From Octopus sinensis (Eukaryota), in the NCBI RefSeq assembly GCF_006345805.1, contig NC_043011.1, positions 28,842,464-28,906,463 on the forward strand: a stretch of 64,000 bases of DNA, read 5' to 3'. The notes below the pieces were generated by a model, which did not search any database, was not told the DNA's origin, and worked only from the letters and a program-made list of their open reading frames with translations. Of the stretch, positions 12,632-24,459 are shown one piece after another. The stretch's first letter is position 1. Each line of letters begins with the position of its first letter. A program made the position numbers and the translations under genes.

Positions 12632-13732
12632 GTATGTATGTATGTACATACGTACAATGGCTTCTTCCAGTTTCTGTCTACCAAACCCACTCACAAAGTT
12701 TTATTTAATCCAGAACCATGTGGTTAGGAAGCAAGCTTCTTACCACACAGCCACACCTTTGCCTATAAAGAATGTAAAAAAAAATAGTAAAAAAAAAACA
12801 TATAAGTACCAATTAAAATAATAAAAGTAAAAATAAACCATAAATACTAAGTGAGTAACAGAGAAAACCTGGTTGTCTGCAACAGTAATAGCAATAAACC
12901 AACTAAAAGCCTTTTACCATTGGAAAAAATTAAATAGCCATACAAACAGTTTATACAAGAAACTAAAAAGCATTAGTAACAACTAATGCTAATTTCTTAC
13001 ACAGGCAGAAGGCCAGAAATTTCTGTGAAGGATATAATTCAATGGTTCTTGATCATTTTTCGTTTATGGACTCCTCTGATCGTTGCTCTATTGTCATGGA
13101 CCCCCCGTAGACATTTGGTGTTAAAAAACTAGATTTATAAATATGTCTGTCAAAATTCCTAATTTGTATTCCACACATTAATTTGTGTAGGTGGAACTAA
13201 GTAAAACATTAGAGAAAGAAATCTAGCTGTTTCTTCCAATAAATACATCCGAAACAAAATTTTGTCATGTACTCTTAATAAATTATTGTGGGTCCCCAAT
13301 TTACTATTTTGCTTGCAAGGACCCTCCAAAATCTCATATGGAACCCCAGGGTTCATATGGATCCCAGTTAGAACCACTGATATAGTCACTTATAGCAACA
13401 CTTGTACTTGACTGGTGATTTATCTTATGGAACCCAGAGAGAGTTAAAAGGCAAAGTTGATCACTGGAGAATTTGAACTTGAAATGTAAGGGGTTAGAAG
13501 TAACATAGTCAGACATGTTGTTCGATATCCTAATGCAGTGGTGGGCAATATGTGGCCCATGGGACATTCTAAAAAGTAGTCAAACCTGCCTGATGATGAG
13601 CCATGTCTCATGACGCTTGCTTCCTAGAAAAAGGTTGCCCATGCATGCTCTAATGATTCTACTAATTTAAGAGGAGAAGGTTAGTCAATACTATTGATGC
13701 AACTAGTTGATTAATGCTTTATATTACCAAAC

Positions 13733-13780
<48 letters not shown>

Positions 13781-14284
13781 GAGTGAGAGAGTGGTGCATG
13801 CCATCAAAGTGACACTGGAGTAAAATATATGAAGCCCAGTATACCCATCATGACTACCCGTCTGATAAGGGTACACCAGGAACATGCATCACAACCATAT
13901 GTGCACAACATGATGAGCTCAAATCAAAATAAACAGTGCATGACCTTGCAGATGTGGCCCAGTAGCCCATCCCGCTCAAAAGGTCCCTGAATAAGGGTTG
14001 TTTAAGGATGTTGAATGAAACACCCATATTTCCAAAGGTGAATTATTCAAACCCCAAAGAATTCCTCTCAGCACATGATGTTCCCCCACTATTTCTACTC
14101 ATGATCAGAGGTGCACATACTGTCAGCCACCAAGAGACCTGTTCAACTGGTTTAAGGTCAAGCAACTGACAAGCAAATCTGTGGTATCGAGCAGAATATT
14201 TGCTGTAACCCATCTTTTATACCAAGACAAAACATGTACATGATAATACTTCCAATCAGTAAAGATCAGAAGCCATGAAAGCCA
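13781..14284 (-). mobile_element. Family D copy 3 (small internal deletion)
   Basis: Colinear with copies 1 and 2; flanked by ATT repeats. Confidence 0.85.
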
Positions 14285-14448
14285 TTATTATTGTTATTAT
14301 TAAGTTGGTAAGCTAGCTTTATTACCAAACTCAAAAGGATAAAAAGGTAAGATGACTTCAGCAGGATTTGAACTTGGAATGTAAAATGATATTTACAAAT
14401 TAGTGCCAAAGCAATTTTTCCATAGCTTTAACACTACTTTAACATAAC

Positions 14449-14875
14449 ATGGTAAGTAGCTTGCTTACCAACTACATGGTTCCAGGTTCAGTCCCACTGC
14501 TTACCAACTACATGGTTCCAGGTTCAGTCCCACCTTGGGCAAGTGTCTTCTACTATAGCCTTGGGCCAACCAAAACCTTGTGAGTGGATTTGGTAGACGG
14601 AAACTGAAAGAAGCCCATTGTATATATGTATATGTATATATATGTGTGTGTGTGTGTTTGTGTGTCTGTGTTTGTCCTCCCCCCTCCAACATTGCTTGGA
14701 CAACCGATGCTGGCATGTTTACATCCCCGTAACTTAGCAGTTTGGCAAAAGGGACCAAGAGAATAAGTACAAGGCTTACAAAGAATAAGTCCTGGGGTTG
14801 ATTTGCTCAACTAAAGGTGGTGCTCCAGGATGGCCACAGTCAAATGACTGAAACAAGTAAAAGAGTAAAAGAGTA
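14449..14875 (+). mobile_element. SINE family B (CORE-like domain, internal TA/TG microsatellite), with a 36-bp tandem duplication in the head
   Basis: ccttgggcaagtgtcttctactatagcc core and the tail gaaacaagtaaaagagtaaaagagta. tgcttaccaactacatggttccaggttcagtcccac is repeated at 14462 and 14498. Confidence 0.9.
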
Positions 14876-15249
14876 TACAGCAACTGATATCAGAGTCAAA
14901 AAAGCTATATGACAACTAACACATAAATAAAAAGTCTAAATACGAATAATAAAAAACTTAAATAGACAAGTAAAAAAGCTTATATAAACACCAAGTACAA
15001 AAAATACAATGCTTTATAATTACAAAGACAGTAATAGATTATTATTGGGCAAAAAAAAGACAGAAGAGATTTGCAAAGTGTATTGTTTTTCCTGATTTTG
15101 GGATGACAAAAAAGCTGATGATTCATGAAGTCCATAATTCCTTATTGAGAACATGGTAGAAGAAATTTACAGAATCAGTCCATTTGTCTGTCTCTCTATT
15201 TGTATATCTATCTATTTATCTATCTATATATCTACCTATCTATCTCTTC

Positions 15250-15320
<71 letters not shown>

Positions 15321-15696
15321 ATGTATGTATGTGTGTGTGTGTACACAGATAACATTATAATATAATAATATAGATAATATATTAGATAATATATTTATAA
15401 TGTATATGTGTGTGTGTGTGTAAAATATAACATGTCACACACACACACATATATTTATATATATAACATATGTATACAATACATAATATACATACATACA
15501 TATATACATATAATGATATATTTGACTTGCTAAGATTTATATTTCTAATAACAGATGACTTTTTAATGAAATCTCGAAAGCAAAGATGAAAATAAACATA
15601 CTAAGAAGCGTCATTTAGACTACATGAGATATTTATATTGGCCAAAGCTTGTAGTAGCTCTAATCTTGTTCAAAACACACTAATATAAGCACACGG

Positions 15697-15915
15697 ACTC
15701 TTTTACTCTCTTTTACTTGTTTCAGTCATTTGACTGCGGCCATGCTGGAGCACCGCCTTTAGTTGAGCAAATCGACCCCGGGACTTATTCTTTGTAAGCC
15801 CAGTACTTATTCTATCTGTCTCTTTTGCCGAACCGCTAAGTGACAGGGACGTAAATACACCAGCATCGGTTGTCAAGCAATGCTAGGGGGACAAACACAG
15901 ACACACAAACACACT

Positions 15916-15949
<34 letters not shown>

Positions 15950-16113
15950 ACAGGCTTCTTTCAGTTTCCGTCTACCAAATCCACTCACAAGGCATTGGTC
16001 GGCCCGGGGCTATAGCAGAAGACACTTGCCCAAGATGCCACACAGTGGGACTGAACCTGGAACCATGTGGTTGGTTAGCAAGCTACTTACCACACAGCCA
16101 CTCCTGCACCTAT
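15697..16113 (-). mobile_element. SINE family B, full length, young
   Basis: Reverse complement of the family B consensus; CpGs retained. Confidence 0.92.
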
Positions 16114-16778
16114 GCACATACAGATTTCATACATATGTGTGTGTGCGTGTGTGTATAAATGTATGTGTTTTTTCAATGTGTACAAATAACATGGAAAAAT
16201 AAATAAATAGTTACCAGGGTAGCAAAAATTCACATAAGCGCCAAGGATGTTACAGTCTACTTATAAAGGTAGATGTTACAGGGTTTAGTAAAATCCTTTT
16301 GTATAACATAGATAAATTAAGAAATGGAGTTAAACACAGATGTTATTCAAATCTTTATACTTCCTATGTTTTGAAGAAAAAATTGGTATGATTCCTGAGG
16401 GAATAAAATGATATAAAACAGTGTAATCATCTCGTTAGGGAGAAAAGAGAAACAAAACACATCAATAAGCCATTTTAACTGAATGTGATTACCACGTATA
16501 TGATGAAGGGAACGCTGGCAAGTTATTTTTTAAAAAAAGCCATTAATATATTTAACGTCAAAGGTAATTTAGAGAAACAGAAGGAGGAGAAAGAAAGAAA
16601 TTAACAGAAAATTAAGAGTGGAGAAATATAGTGTGAAAATAAAGTGAAAATAAGTGAAATGAATGAAAATAAAGCTTAAAGGCATGTAAATAAATATATG
16701 TAGCAAAAATGAAATGTAAGAAGACAGTCAAAAGTCAAATTTTATAGATTGGTAGAAACTACTTATAGGAACTAAAGG

Positions 16779-17185
16779 TATAGGTGCAGGAGTGGCTGTG
16801 TGGTAAGTAGCTTGCTAACCAACCACATGGTTCCGGGTTCAGTCCCACTGCGTGGCATCTTGGGCAAGTGTCTTCTGCTATAGCCCCGGGCCGACCAATG
16901 CCTTGTGAGTGGATTTGGTAGATGGAAACTGAAATAAGCCTGTCATATATATGTATATATATATAAGTGTGTGTGTATATGTTTGTGTGTCTGTGTTTGT
17001 CCCCCTAGCATTGCTTGACAACCGATGCTGGTGTGTTTACGTCCCCGTCACTTAGCGGTTCGGCAAAAGAGACCGATAGAATAAGTACTGGGCTTACAAA
17101 GAATAAGTCCCGGGGTCGATTTGCTCGACTAAAGGCGGTGCTCCAGCATGGCCGCAGTCAAATGACTGAAACAAGTAAAAGAGTA
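16779..17185 (+). mobile_element. SINE family B, full length, young
   Basis: ggtgcaggagtggctgtgtggtaagtagc...gcagtcaaatgactgaaacaagtaaaagagta. Confidence 0.92.
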
Positions 17186-17214
17186 AATGTTTGCAACAAT
17201 AAACACGCTCTTTA

Positions 17215-17790
17215 ATGGTGTATACAAGAGAATTCTCCTATGGGCCAGGGACTTTCCCTGTCTTTATAGCCTTAATTGCTTTATCTACCAAGGTACTGTC
17301 TATTTGGATAGCTGGTACCTCTGTTGGGTCAACATTCAGCAAACTCTCTTTCTCCCATTCATTCTCTTTATTTAGCAACCTTTCATAGTAGCATATCCAA
17401 GTCTCTCTCTTTGCAGCCTCATTAAATGCAGGTGAGCCATGCAGACACATTTCTCCCCTATGACATCGCGATTCTCTCTCACACACTGTCTTGCAAAACA
17501 AAATACTTCAAGTCTTTGGTCCTCATGATGCAGAACATTGGCAAATTTTTTCTTATTTGCTGCCCCTCTAGCTAAGTAAACTTGTCTCCTAGCTTCCCTT
17601 CAGGCAATCTGATACAATTCTCTGCTACCACCGTTCTTCCAATACTTCCAAGTATGTTTCTTTTCCCTAATGGCCCTGTCAACTACATTGTTCCACCACC
17701 ACATTACCTTGGGTCGAGAGGGGACTTTCCACCATCCCCAAATCTGCTCAGTAGCCCTCAACAGGTTGTCCCGTAGGAAACTCCAGTTGT
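17215..17790 (-). mobile_element. RTE-type LINE fragment (linker between endonuclease and RT)
   Basis: Frameshifted peptides WWWNNVVDRAIREKK..W..W...Y and W..YYERLLNKENEW...VDKAIKAIKTGKVPGP, typical of the region before the RT domain. Confidence 0.8.
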
Positions 17791-17834
17791 CTTCCAACAT
17801 CATGTGATGCTATATCCTCCTCTATTTCGTATTT

Positions 17835-17892
<58 letters not shown>

Positions 17893-18279
17893 GGGGGTAT
17901 GTATAGATAAATATATGTACGTATATAAATATAAATATAAATATATATATATGTGTGTGTGTGTGTGTATGCATATGTATGTGTGTGTGTGCATGTATGT
18001 ATATATATATATATATATATATATGAGGTAATGGTGTCAAGAAGACCCAAAGGTATCGAGTAAAGCTGAGTAAGTGCTATAGACAGACTATAGTTAAGCT
18101 CCAGGTTTGGTGATTATGCGAATGAGGAGTCCAACGTAGGTCATATACCAGCATGCGTATATATATAAAAATTGACAGAATGAGATAAAAATCCAAGGCT
18201 GTGAAAGATTTCCAAACATTTATAAATAGGTCTTAAATCTTTCACAGCCTTGGATTTTTATATCATTCTGTTAATATCA

Positions 18280-18670
18280 TCATCATCATCATCATCATTT
18301 AACGTCTGCTTTCCATGCTAGCATGGGCTGGACGATTTGACTGAGGTCTGGCAACCAGATGGCTACACTAGACTAGTCTGATCTGGCAGAGTTTCTACAG
18401 CTGGATGCTCTTCCTAACGCCAACCACTCCAAGTGTGTAGTGGGTGCTTTTACGTGCCACTGGCACGAGGGCCAGTAGGTGCTATTGGCAACGGCCACAC
18501 TCAAATCGTGCTTTTTATGTGCCACCTGCACAGGAGCCAGTCCAGCGGCACTGACAATGACCTCGCTCGAATGTTTTTTACACATGTCACCAGCACAGGT
18601 GCTAGTAAGGTGACGCAGGAAACGATCACGCTCAAATGGTGTCTTTACGTGCCATCAGCATGGAGACCAG
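18280..18670 (-). mobile_element. (GAT)n-tailed short retroelement with four 65-bp internal repeats
   Basis: Tail catcatcatttaacgtctgctttccatgctagcatggg; the module gtgccactggcac recurs at 18454, 18519, 18584 and 18649. Confidence 0.75.
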
Positions 18671-18698
18671 ATATATATATATATGTATATATATATAT

Positions 18699-19009
18699 AT
18701 CGTGACGCATATTTGCCATTTGAATATGGCTAACCTCTAAGGGTGGATGCTACTGTAGTTTGTAGCCCCAGGAAGATATCTCCTCCAGCTGGCTATAGAC
18801 ACACTATCTGTGTCCTCTCAGTATTTGTGAAGAGTATTGTGAAGAGTATTTGTGAAGAGAACACAGATACTGAGAGGACACAGATACTGAGAGGACACAG
18901 ATATTGTGTCTATAGCCAGCTGGAGGAGATATCTTCCTGGGGCTACAAACTACAGTAGCATCCACCCTTAGGGGTTAGCCATATTCAAATGGCAAATATG
19001 CGTCACGAT
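18699..19009. mobile_element. Young fold-back/MITE-like element, 126-bp arms
   Basis: 18699-18824 is the reverse complement of 18884-19009 with 2 mismatches. Confidence 0.9.
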
Positions 19010-19046
19010 GTGTTACCGCTACTGTTTATAACTCGCTCTGAGATTT

Positions 19047-19094
<48 letters not shown>

Positions 19095-19420
19095 TCAATA
19101 AACTTCCAACCTTGTCTTATTTTCACGTTTTCATTATTTACAATTTTTACAATTTCACAATATTGTAATAGAATATTATATATTTATTGTGATAAAACTC
19201 AAACTTTCATGCATTATGTAATCATCAGGTTTATGGAGTAGTGGTAACAGTCGTGTTCCACCTCTACTACATAAACTTGATTATAGAAAGGGCATCCAGC
19301 TGTCAAAACTACATTAAAACAAACAGCAAATCTTGGCGTAGTCTTCTGGCTCACCAGCTTCTGTCAAAACATCAAGCCCATGCCAGCATGGAAAATGGAC
19401 TTTGAATGATGATGATGATT

Positions 19421-19471
<51 letters not shown>

Positions 19472-19550
19472 ATGATGATGACGATGACGACGACGATGAT
19501 GATGATGATGATGAACAACACACTAATGTAGATATGAATATGTACTTGTA

Positions 19551-19952
19551 TACTCTTTTACTTATTTCAGTCGTTTGACTGCAGCCATGCTGGAGCACTG
19601 CTTTTAGTCAAGCAAATCGGCCCCAGGACTTATTCTTGTAAGCCTAGTAATTATTCTATCAGTCTCTTTTGCCGAACTGCTAAGTTACGGGGATGTAAAC
19701 ACACCAGCATCGGTTGTCAAGCGATGCTGGGGGGACAAACACAGACACACAAACATACACACATATATATACACATATACATATATACGACGGGCTTCTT
19801 TCAGTTTCTGTCTACCAAATCCACTCACAAGGCTTTGGTCGGCTCAAGGCTATAGTAGAAGATACTTGCCCAAGGTGCCATGCAGTGGGACTGAACTCGG
19901 AACCATGTGGTTGGTAAGCAAGCTACTTACCACACAGCCACTCTGCACCTAT
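19551..19952 (-). mobile_element. SINE family B
   Basis: Full-length match to the family B consensus. Confidence 0.9.
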
Positions 19953-20340
19953 ATGTAAATGTTTATTTACAGTTTTTACTTTTGAGAAATTTTAAGAATA
20001 CCAGCAGAGTGTTTACTGACAGGAGAAACTTTGTCTGAAGGCTTATTTAACCATCAAAGAAAATTTTTTGCCTTCATGTTTATATAGGAAAAAATATTGA
20101 AAGTTTATGAACAGAAGGTGTACTGGAACTGTGAGACTATAGTCCTAGATAAATTTCTGAATAAAAGTTGCTTTTATTTTTTATGAGGAAAAATCTGAGG
20201 AATAAGTCTCGGTATAAGGTAAATATAGATAGTAAGGGAAGACCAGCAGGGTGTTAAAAAGGAAAAAATAGAAAAAAATGGAAAATAATAGAGGCAAATA
20301 CAATTAGAGGTGAAAGAAAAATCAATAAGTTGCAAAGTAT

Positions 20341-20758
20341 ACAAGGTACTACCAAAAAGTTCCACGATTAGTTATGTTGAATAAAAAATAACTTATCTAC
20401 CTAATCATCTTTGAAATAGTCACCTTGCACAGCAATACACCAGTCTCAGCATTCCTGTCACTTTTGGAATCCATCCTGGGAGTCGTTTTCTGTGAGTCGC
20501 GGATTTTCTGTGATTTGCTCTTGATCTTGACAACGGTGTCGAAACAGCAACCTTTGAACTGCATTTTCTTCTTGGGGAAGAGATGGAAGTTTGCTGGTGC
20601 TAATTCTGGTGAATAGGGTGGGTGTGGAAGTGATACCATGTTGGTTTTGGAGAGAAACTCACAAATGAAGAGAGCTCACTGACAGGATGCATTGTCATCA
20701 TGAAGAGTCCAATTCTTCATGCTCCACAGATCCACTCACTTTCACTGAATGTCTTCCC
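20341..20758 (-). mobile_element. mariner transposon 3' relic
   Basis: Peptide WTLHDDNA...LPHPPYSPELAPANFHLFPKKKMQFKG matches the mariner D,D34D C-terminal motifs LHHDNA and YSPDLAPxD. TIR-like end caaggtactaccaaaaagttc. Confidence 0.88.
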
Positions 20759-20762
20759 TTAA

Positions 20763-20984
20763 CCCTTTCAATTCCAACCCAGCTGAAACCGCCTCTGGTT
20801 GTGTAGTACAAATGTCTTGTTTTCATATAAGTTTTGAATTAAAATCTTCTACCAAACCTTAGTCGCAACTATGTTCCTTACACCAGCTGAATGATAACTA
20901 AGTTATTTTACTAAATTCTTTGTTAATTTAAAATTAATTGAAAGAAACACAGAGCATCTCAAAATAAATATGGTAACGAAAGGG
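20763..20984. mobile_element. piggyBac-type MITE
   Basis: TTAA|CCCTTTCaattcca ... tggtaacGAAAGGG|TTAA; TTAA target duplication at 20759-62 and 20985-88. Confidence 0.88.
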
Positions 20985-21112
20985 TTAAAATGGACTGTAT
21001 TTCACTACAGCTGTTTTAGATGTGTTTTTTATTGATGAACAAAAGTGTTACATCATGCAAAAAACCGTTTTCATCAGGTGAATACAGGTCAGATTTATAC
21101 GTTTTGAACATA

Positions 21113-21509
21113 CTCTCTCTTTTACTCTTTCACTTGTTTCAGTCATTTGACTGCGGCCATGCTGGAGCACCGCCTTTACTCGAGCAAATCGACCCCGGGA
21201 CTTATTCTTTGTAAGCCAAGTACTTATTCTATCGGTCTCTTTTTGCTGAACCGCTATGTGACGGGACGTAAACACACCAGCATCGGTTGTCAAGCGATGG
21301 TGGGGGGACAAACACAGACACACAAACATATACACACACACATACATATATATATACATTCAGTTTCCGTCTACCAAATCTACTCACAAGGCATTAGTCG
21401 GCCCAAGGCTATAGCAGAAGACACTTGCCCAAGATGCCACGCAGTGGAACTGAACCCGGAACCATGTGGTTGGTAAGCAAGCTACTTACCACACAGCCAC
21501 TCCTGCGCT
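21113..21509 (-). mobile_element. SINE family B inserted into a locally duplicated segment
   Basis: Its flanks are contiguous in the paralogous empty site at ~25390-25410. Confidence 0.92.
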
Positions 21510-21913
21510 TAGTTGCCATTTGTGAATGCTTTCACAACTGGAGTACAAATCTGTGTTTACTTTAGTAACTAAGAATTTCTCCTTAAATACTGTTTGTACA
21601 CGATAGCACAATCATCGACCTGGCTTTGGTGCTTTACTATATAAGTACATGATTCTCCTGAATCCTGGAAATTTTATACACACACACAATGAATTCCTTT
21701 CAGTTTCCATCTACCAAATCCCACTCACAAGTATTTGGTGAGCATGGGTCTATAATAGAAAACACTTGCCAAAGGTATCATGCAGTGAGACTGAACCTAA
21801 AACAATGTGGTTAGGAAACAAATTTTTTAACCACGTGGTCCCACTTGCACCTATTTGTGTACGTAATTTAATTATAATGTGTATGTTTGTGCACTTGTTA
21901 TTTGTATGTGTTT

Positions 21914-22295
21914 GAGGCGCAATGGCCCAGTGGTTAGTGCAGCGGACTTGCGGTCATAGGATCGCGGTTTCGATTCCCAGACCGGGCGTTGTGAGTGTTT
22001 ATTGAGCGAAAACACCTAAAAGCTCCACGAGGCTCCAGCAGGGGATGGTGGTGATCCCTGCTGTACTCTTTCACCACAACTTTCTCTCCCTCTTACTTCT
22101 TGTTTCTGTTGTACCTGTATTTCAAGGGGCTGGCCTTGTTACTCTCTGTGTCATGCTGAATATCCCCGAGAACTACGTTAAGGGTGCACGTGTCTGTGGA
22201 GTACTCAGCCACTTACACGTTAATTTCACGAGCAGGCTGTTCCGTTGATTCGGATCAACTGGAACCCTCATCATCGTAACCAACGGAGTGCTTCC
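21914..22295 (+). mobile_element. SINE family C, full length
   Basis: A box TGGCCCAGTGG and B box GTTTCGATTCC; body gtcatgctgaatatccccgagaactacgttaagggt. Degenerate copies at ~4790, ~11040, ~38000 (-), ~44010 and ~49690. Confidence 0.88.
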
Positions 22296-23570
22296 ATCCA
22301 TTTGTATGTGTTTGTTTATGATATGTTCCTTGCATGTACAAATCAAATCAAGGGGGAGATATATTAAAATTATAAAGCTCGACATTTCTGCACATGTGTG
22401 TGTATGTGTGTGTATTGTCTGTGTTTGTATACGCTTCTATCTATGTATATGATCATGTGTATGTGTATTCTAACATTATACATATTTATATAATCATTTG
22501 TATGAAATTCAGCTGTTATATCCACTCATGAGGCTGCATAGAATAATTTGTAAATTCAGATAAGATCATGAGGAAACACGAATACTAATGTTTCCAAGTA
22601 AGACTATCTTCTGAGGGCTAAAATGTTAATGCTTTGGATGGCATTAAACAAATAGATTTCAAGAATGCACTAAAAGAGGAAAAAAGCCATTTTCTCAGTC
22701 TCTCCTACACATTAAATTTTTTTTCCCTATAACAAGTGGTGATGTTCAGATGTCAGTTTTATGACTCCCTATGGCATGACATCTTATTAGCAGACTTTTT
22801 AAAATTAATTTTGCTGATTCATACTATTATTTATTCCTTTCGTATTTAATATTTGCTATATATCATATTCATTCATGTACAATATGTACTTGTGTGTATG
22901 GCCAATGAAATTGCAGAAAAGATCTATTACTTATGTCTAATATGCTCTAAATTTTTTTTTTTTAATATAATGATATATGAAGAAAAGTATGTTTTATTCT
23001 GATTGCTATATAAAATATACAGCTGCTTAAATTCCTGCATATTAAACAAAGTAAAAAGTAAATTTAAAACTAAACTTTGACTCACTGAACTATACTGATG
23101 TATGCTGTAAAAGTGCATCTGCCAGCTGTCAAATCAATATCATGAAAATCACTTGATCATATTATTTCGTGATAAAGTCTGTATTGAAAAGGGCCAGGTT
23201 GTCACTCATTAAGGAGTGTACTATACTTTGTCTAATTATTTTAAGTGCCTTTGTTGTCATAGAAAGATGTAGACACCCACATGGCTCTCCTACCCTTTGA
23301 TCTTTCACATCCAGGTTAAGACACCTGGAGAAGAAAGAGAGACAGAAAGAGCTGTATCAACTCTCATCTGATACTCCTTTTGCTGCTAAGTTGACTTGGA
23401 TATAGTGAACTGGAGAGCCTTGCTCAAGGATAAAATGTACCAACTAGTCTAGTAATTGAACCTATGACATTAAGATCATGAGCCATGCAACATAACCACC
23501 AAGTCACACTCCTTCCCAAGGAAGATACTATCCTCAGTAAATGGTTTATAATTTTCAAGCCTCAAGAGTA

Positions 23571-24459
23571 CAAGATCTGATCAATAAATATCCGGACTGT
23601 TGCTTAGTAATGAAGCTAAAGCACACAGAGTAAAGTTGTTGGGCAGAGATTGACCTTGAACATTGCTGTGTATGTGCACTAAGTTTTAACGTTCTAGCAT
23701 ATTTCTGCTGTCTACAGCAGTGCTTGGAAGGAAGGTGTGTAGCATGGGATCATCACATTGACCATGACAGAGAAAGTTGTCATGACAATACCTGCTAAGA
23801 GGCCTACACAAAGTTGCAGAAGGTGTATGGAGAGGAGTGTATGAGCTGCACACAAGTGTACTAGTCATACAGACGTTTCCAAAATGGCCCAAAAAATTCA
23901 ATATTGACGAACGTTCTGGGAAACCCACAACCAGCAGAACTGAGAGAAAATTCACCGATATGCATTCATCAATGAGGGGAAATCATTGAATCCCCATCCA
24001 TGACTTATCAGAGGATGTGCTGATTAGTTATGGTTCAGTTCAGTCCATTATCAATACTTGGGTATGAGACTCGTATCTGCCAAGTTTGTGCCCAAACTGC
24101 TTTCAGCTGACCAAAAAGACACTCGGATTTCAGTTGCACAAGATCTCCTTGATTGTGTCGAGAATGATGAAAACCTTTTGAAAACTTTGTGTATGCCTCT
24201 GAGTAGGTATTACCAAGCTTTTGGCAAAATTTGATGCAGATTCTCTGCTCAAATTTCTCTGTCATGGTCAATGCAACAATCACATGCTACACACCTTCCT
24301 TCAAAACACTGCTGTAAACAGCGGAAGTGAGCTAGAACATTAAAACTTAGTGTGCATGCACAACAGAGTTCAAGGGCAATCTGTGCCAAGCAGCTTCACT
24401 CTGCATGCTTAAGCTTTGTTACTATGGCAACAGTCCAGGTACTTAATGATCAGACCACG
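23571..24459 (+). mobile_element. Rearranged mariner: 5' transposase half closed by an inverted copy of its own 5' end
   Basis: TA flanks at 23569-70 and 24460-61; arms 23571-23815 and 24183-24459. Peptides VSAKFVPKLLSADQK (+) and MTEKFEQRICIKFCQKLG (-). Confidence 0.88.

Noticed and set aside
13536-13647. Small hAT MITE (cagtggtgggcaa...ttgcccatgcatg)
   Set aside because: TIR and 8-bp TSD match only partially (6/8); too degenerate to call.
15870-16202. Recurrent ORFs such as RQASFSFRLPNPLTR / GLNLEPCGW
   Set aside because: Antisense translations of SINE B; they recur at every copy.
18454-18660. CRISPR-like array
   Set aside because: Eukaryotic context; the units are homologous along their length with no unique spacers, and there are no cas genes.
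21914-21990. tRNA gene
   Set aside because: A and B boxes are present, but there is no cloverleaf with an acceptor stem or terminator, and it continues into a SINE body found in several copies.
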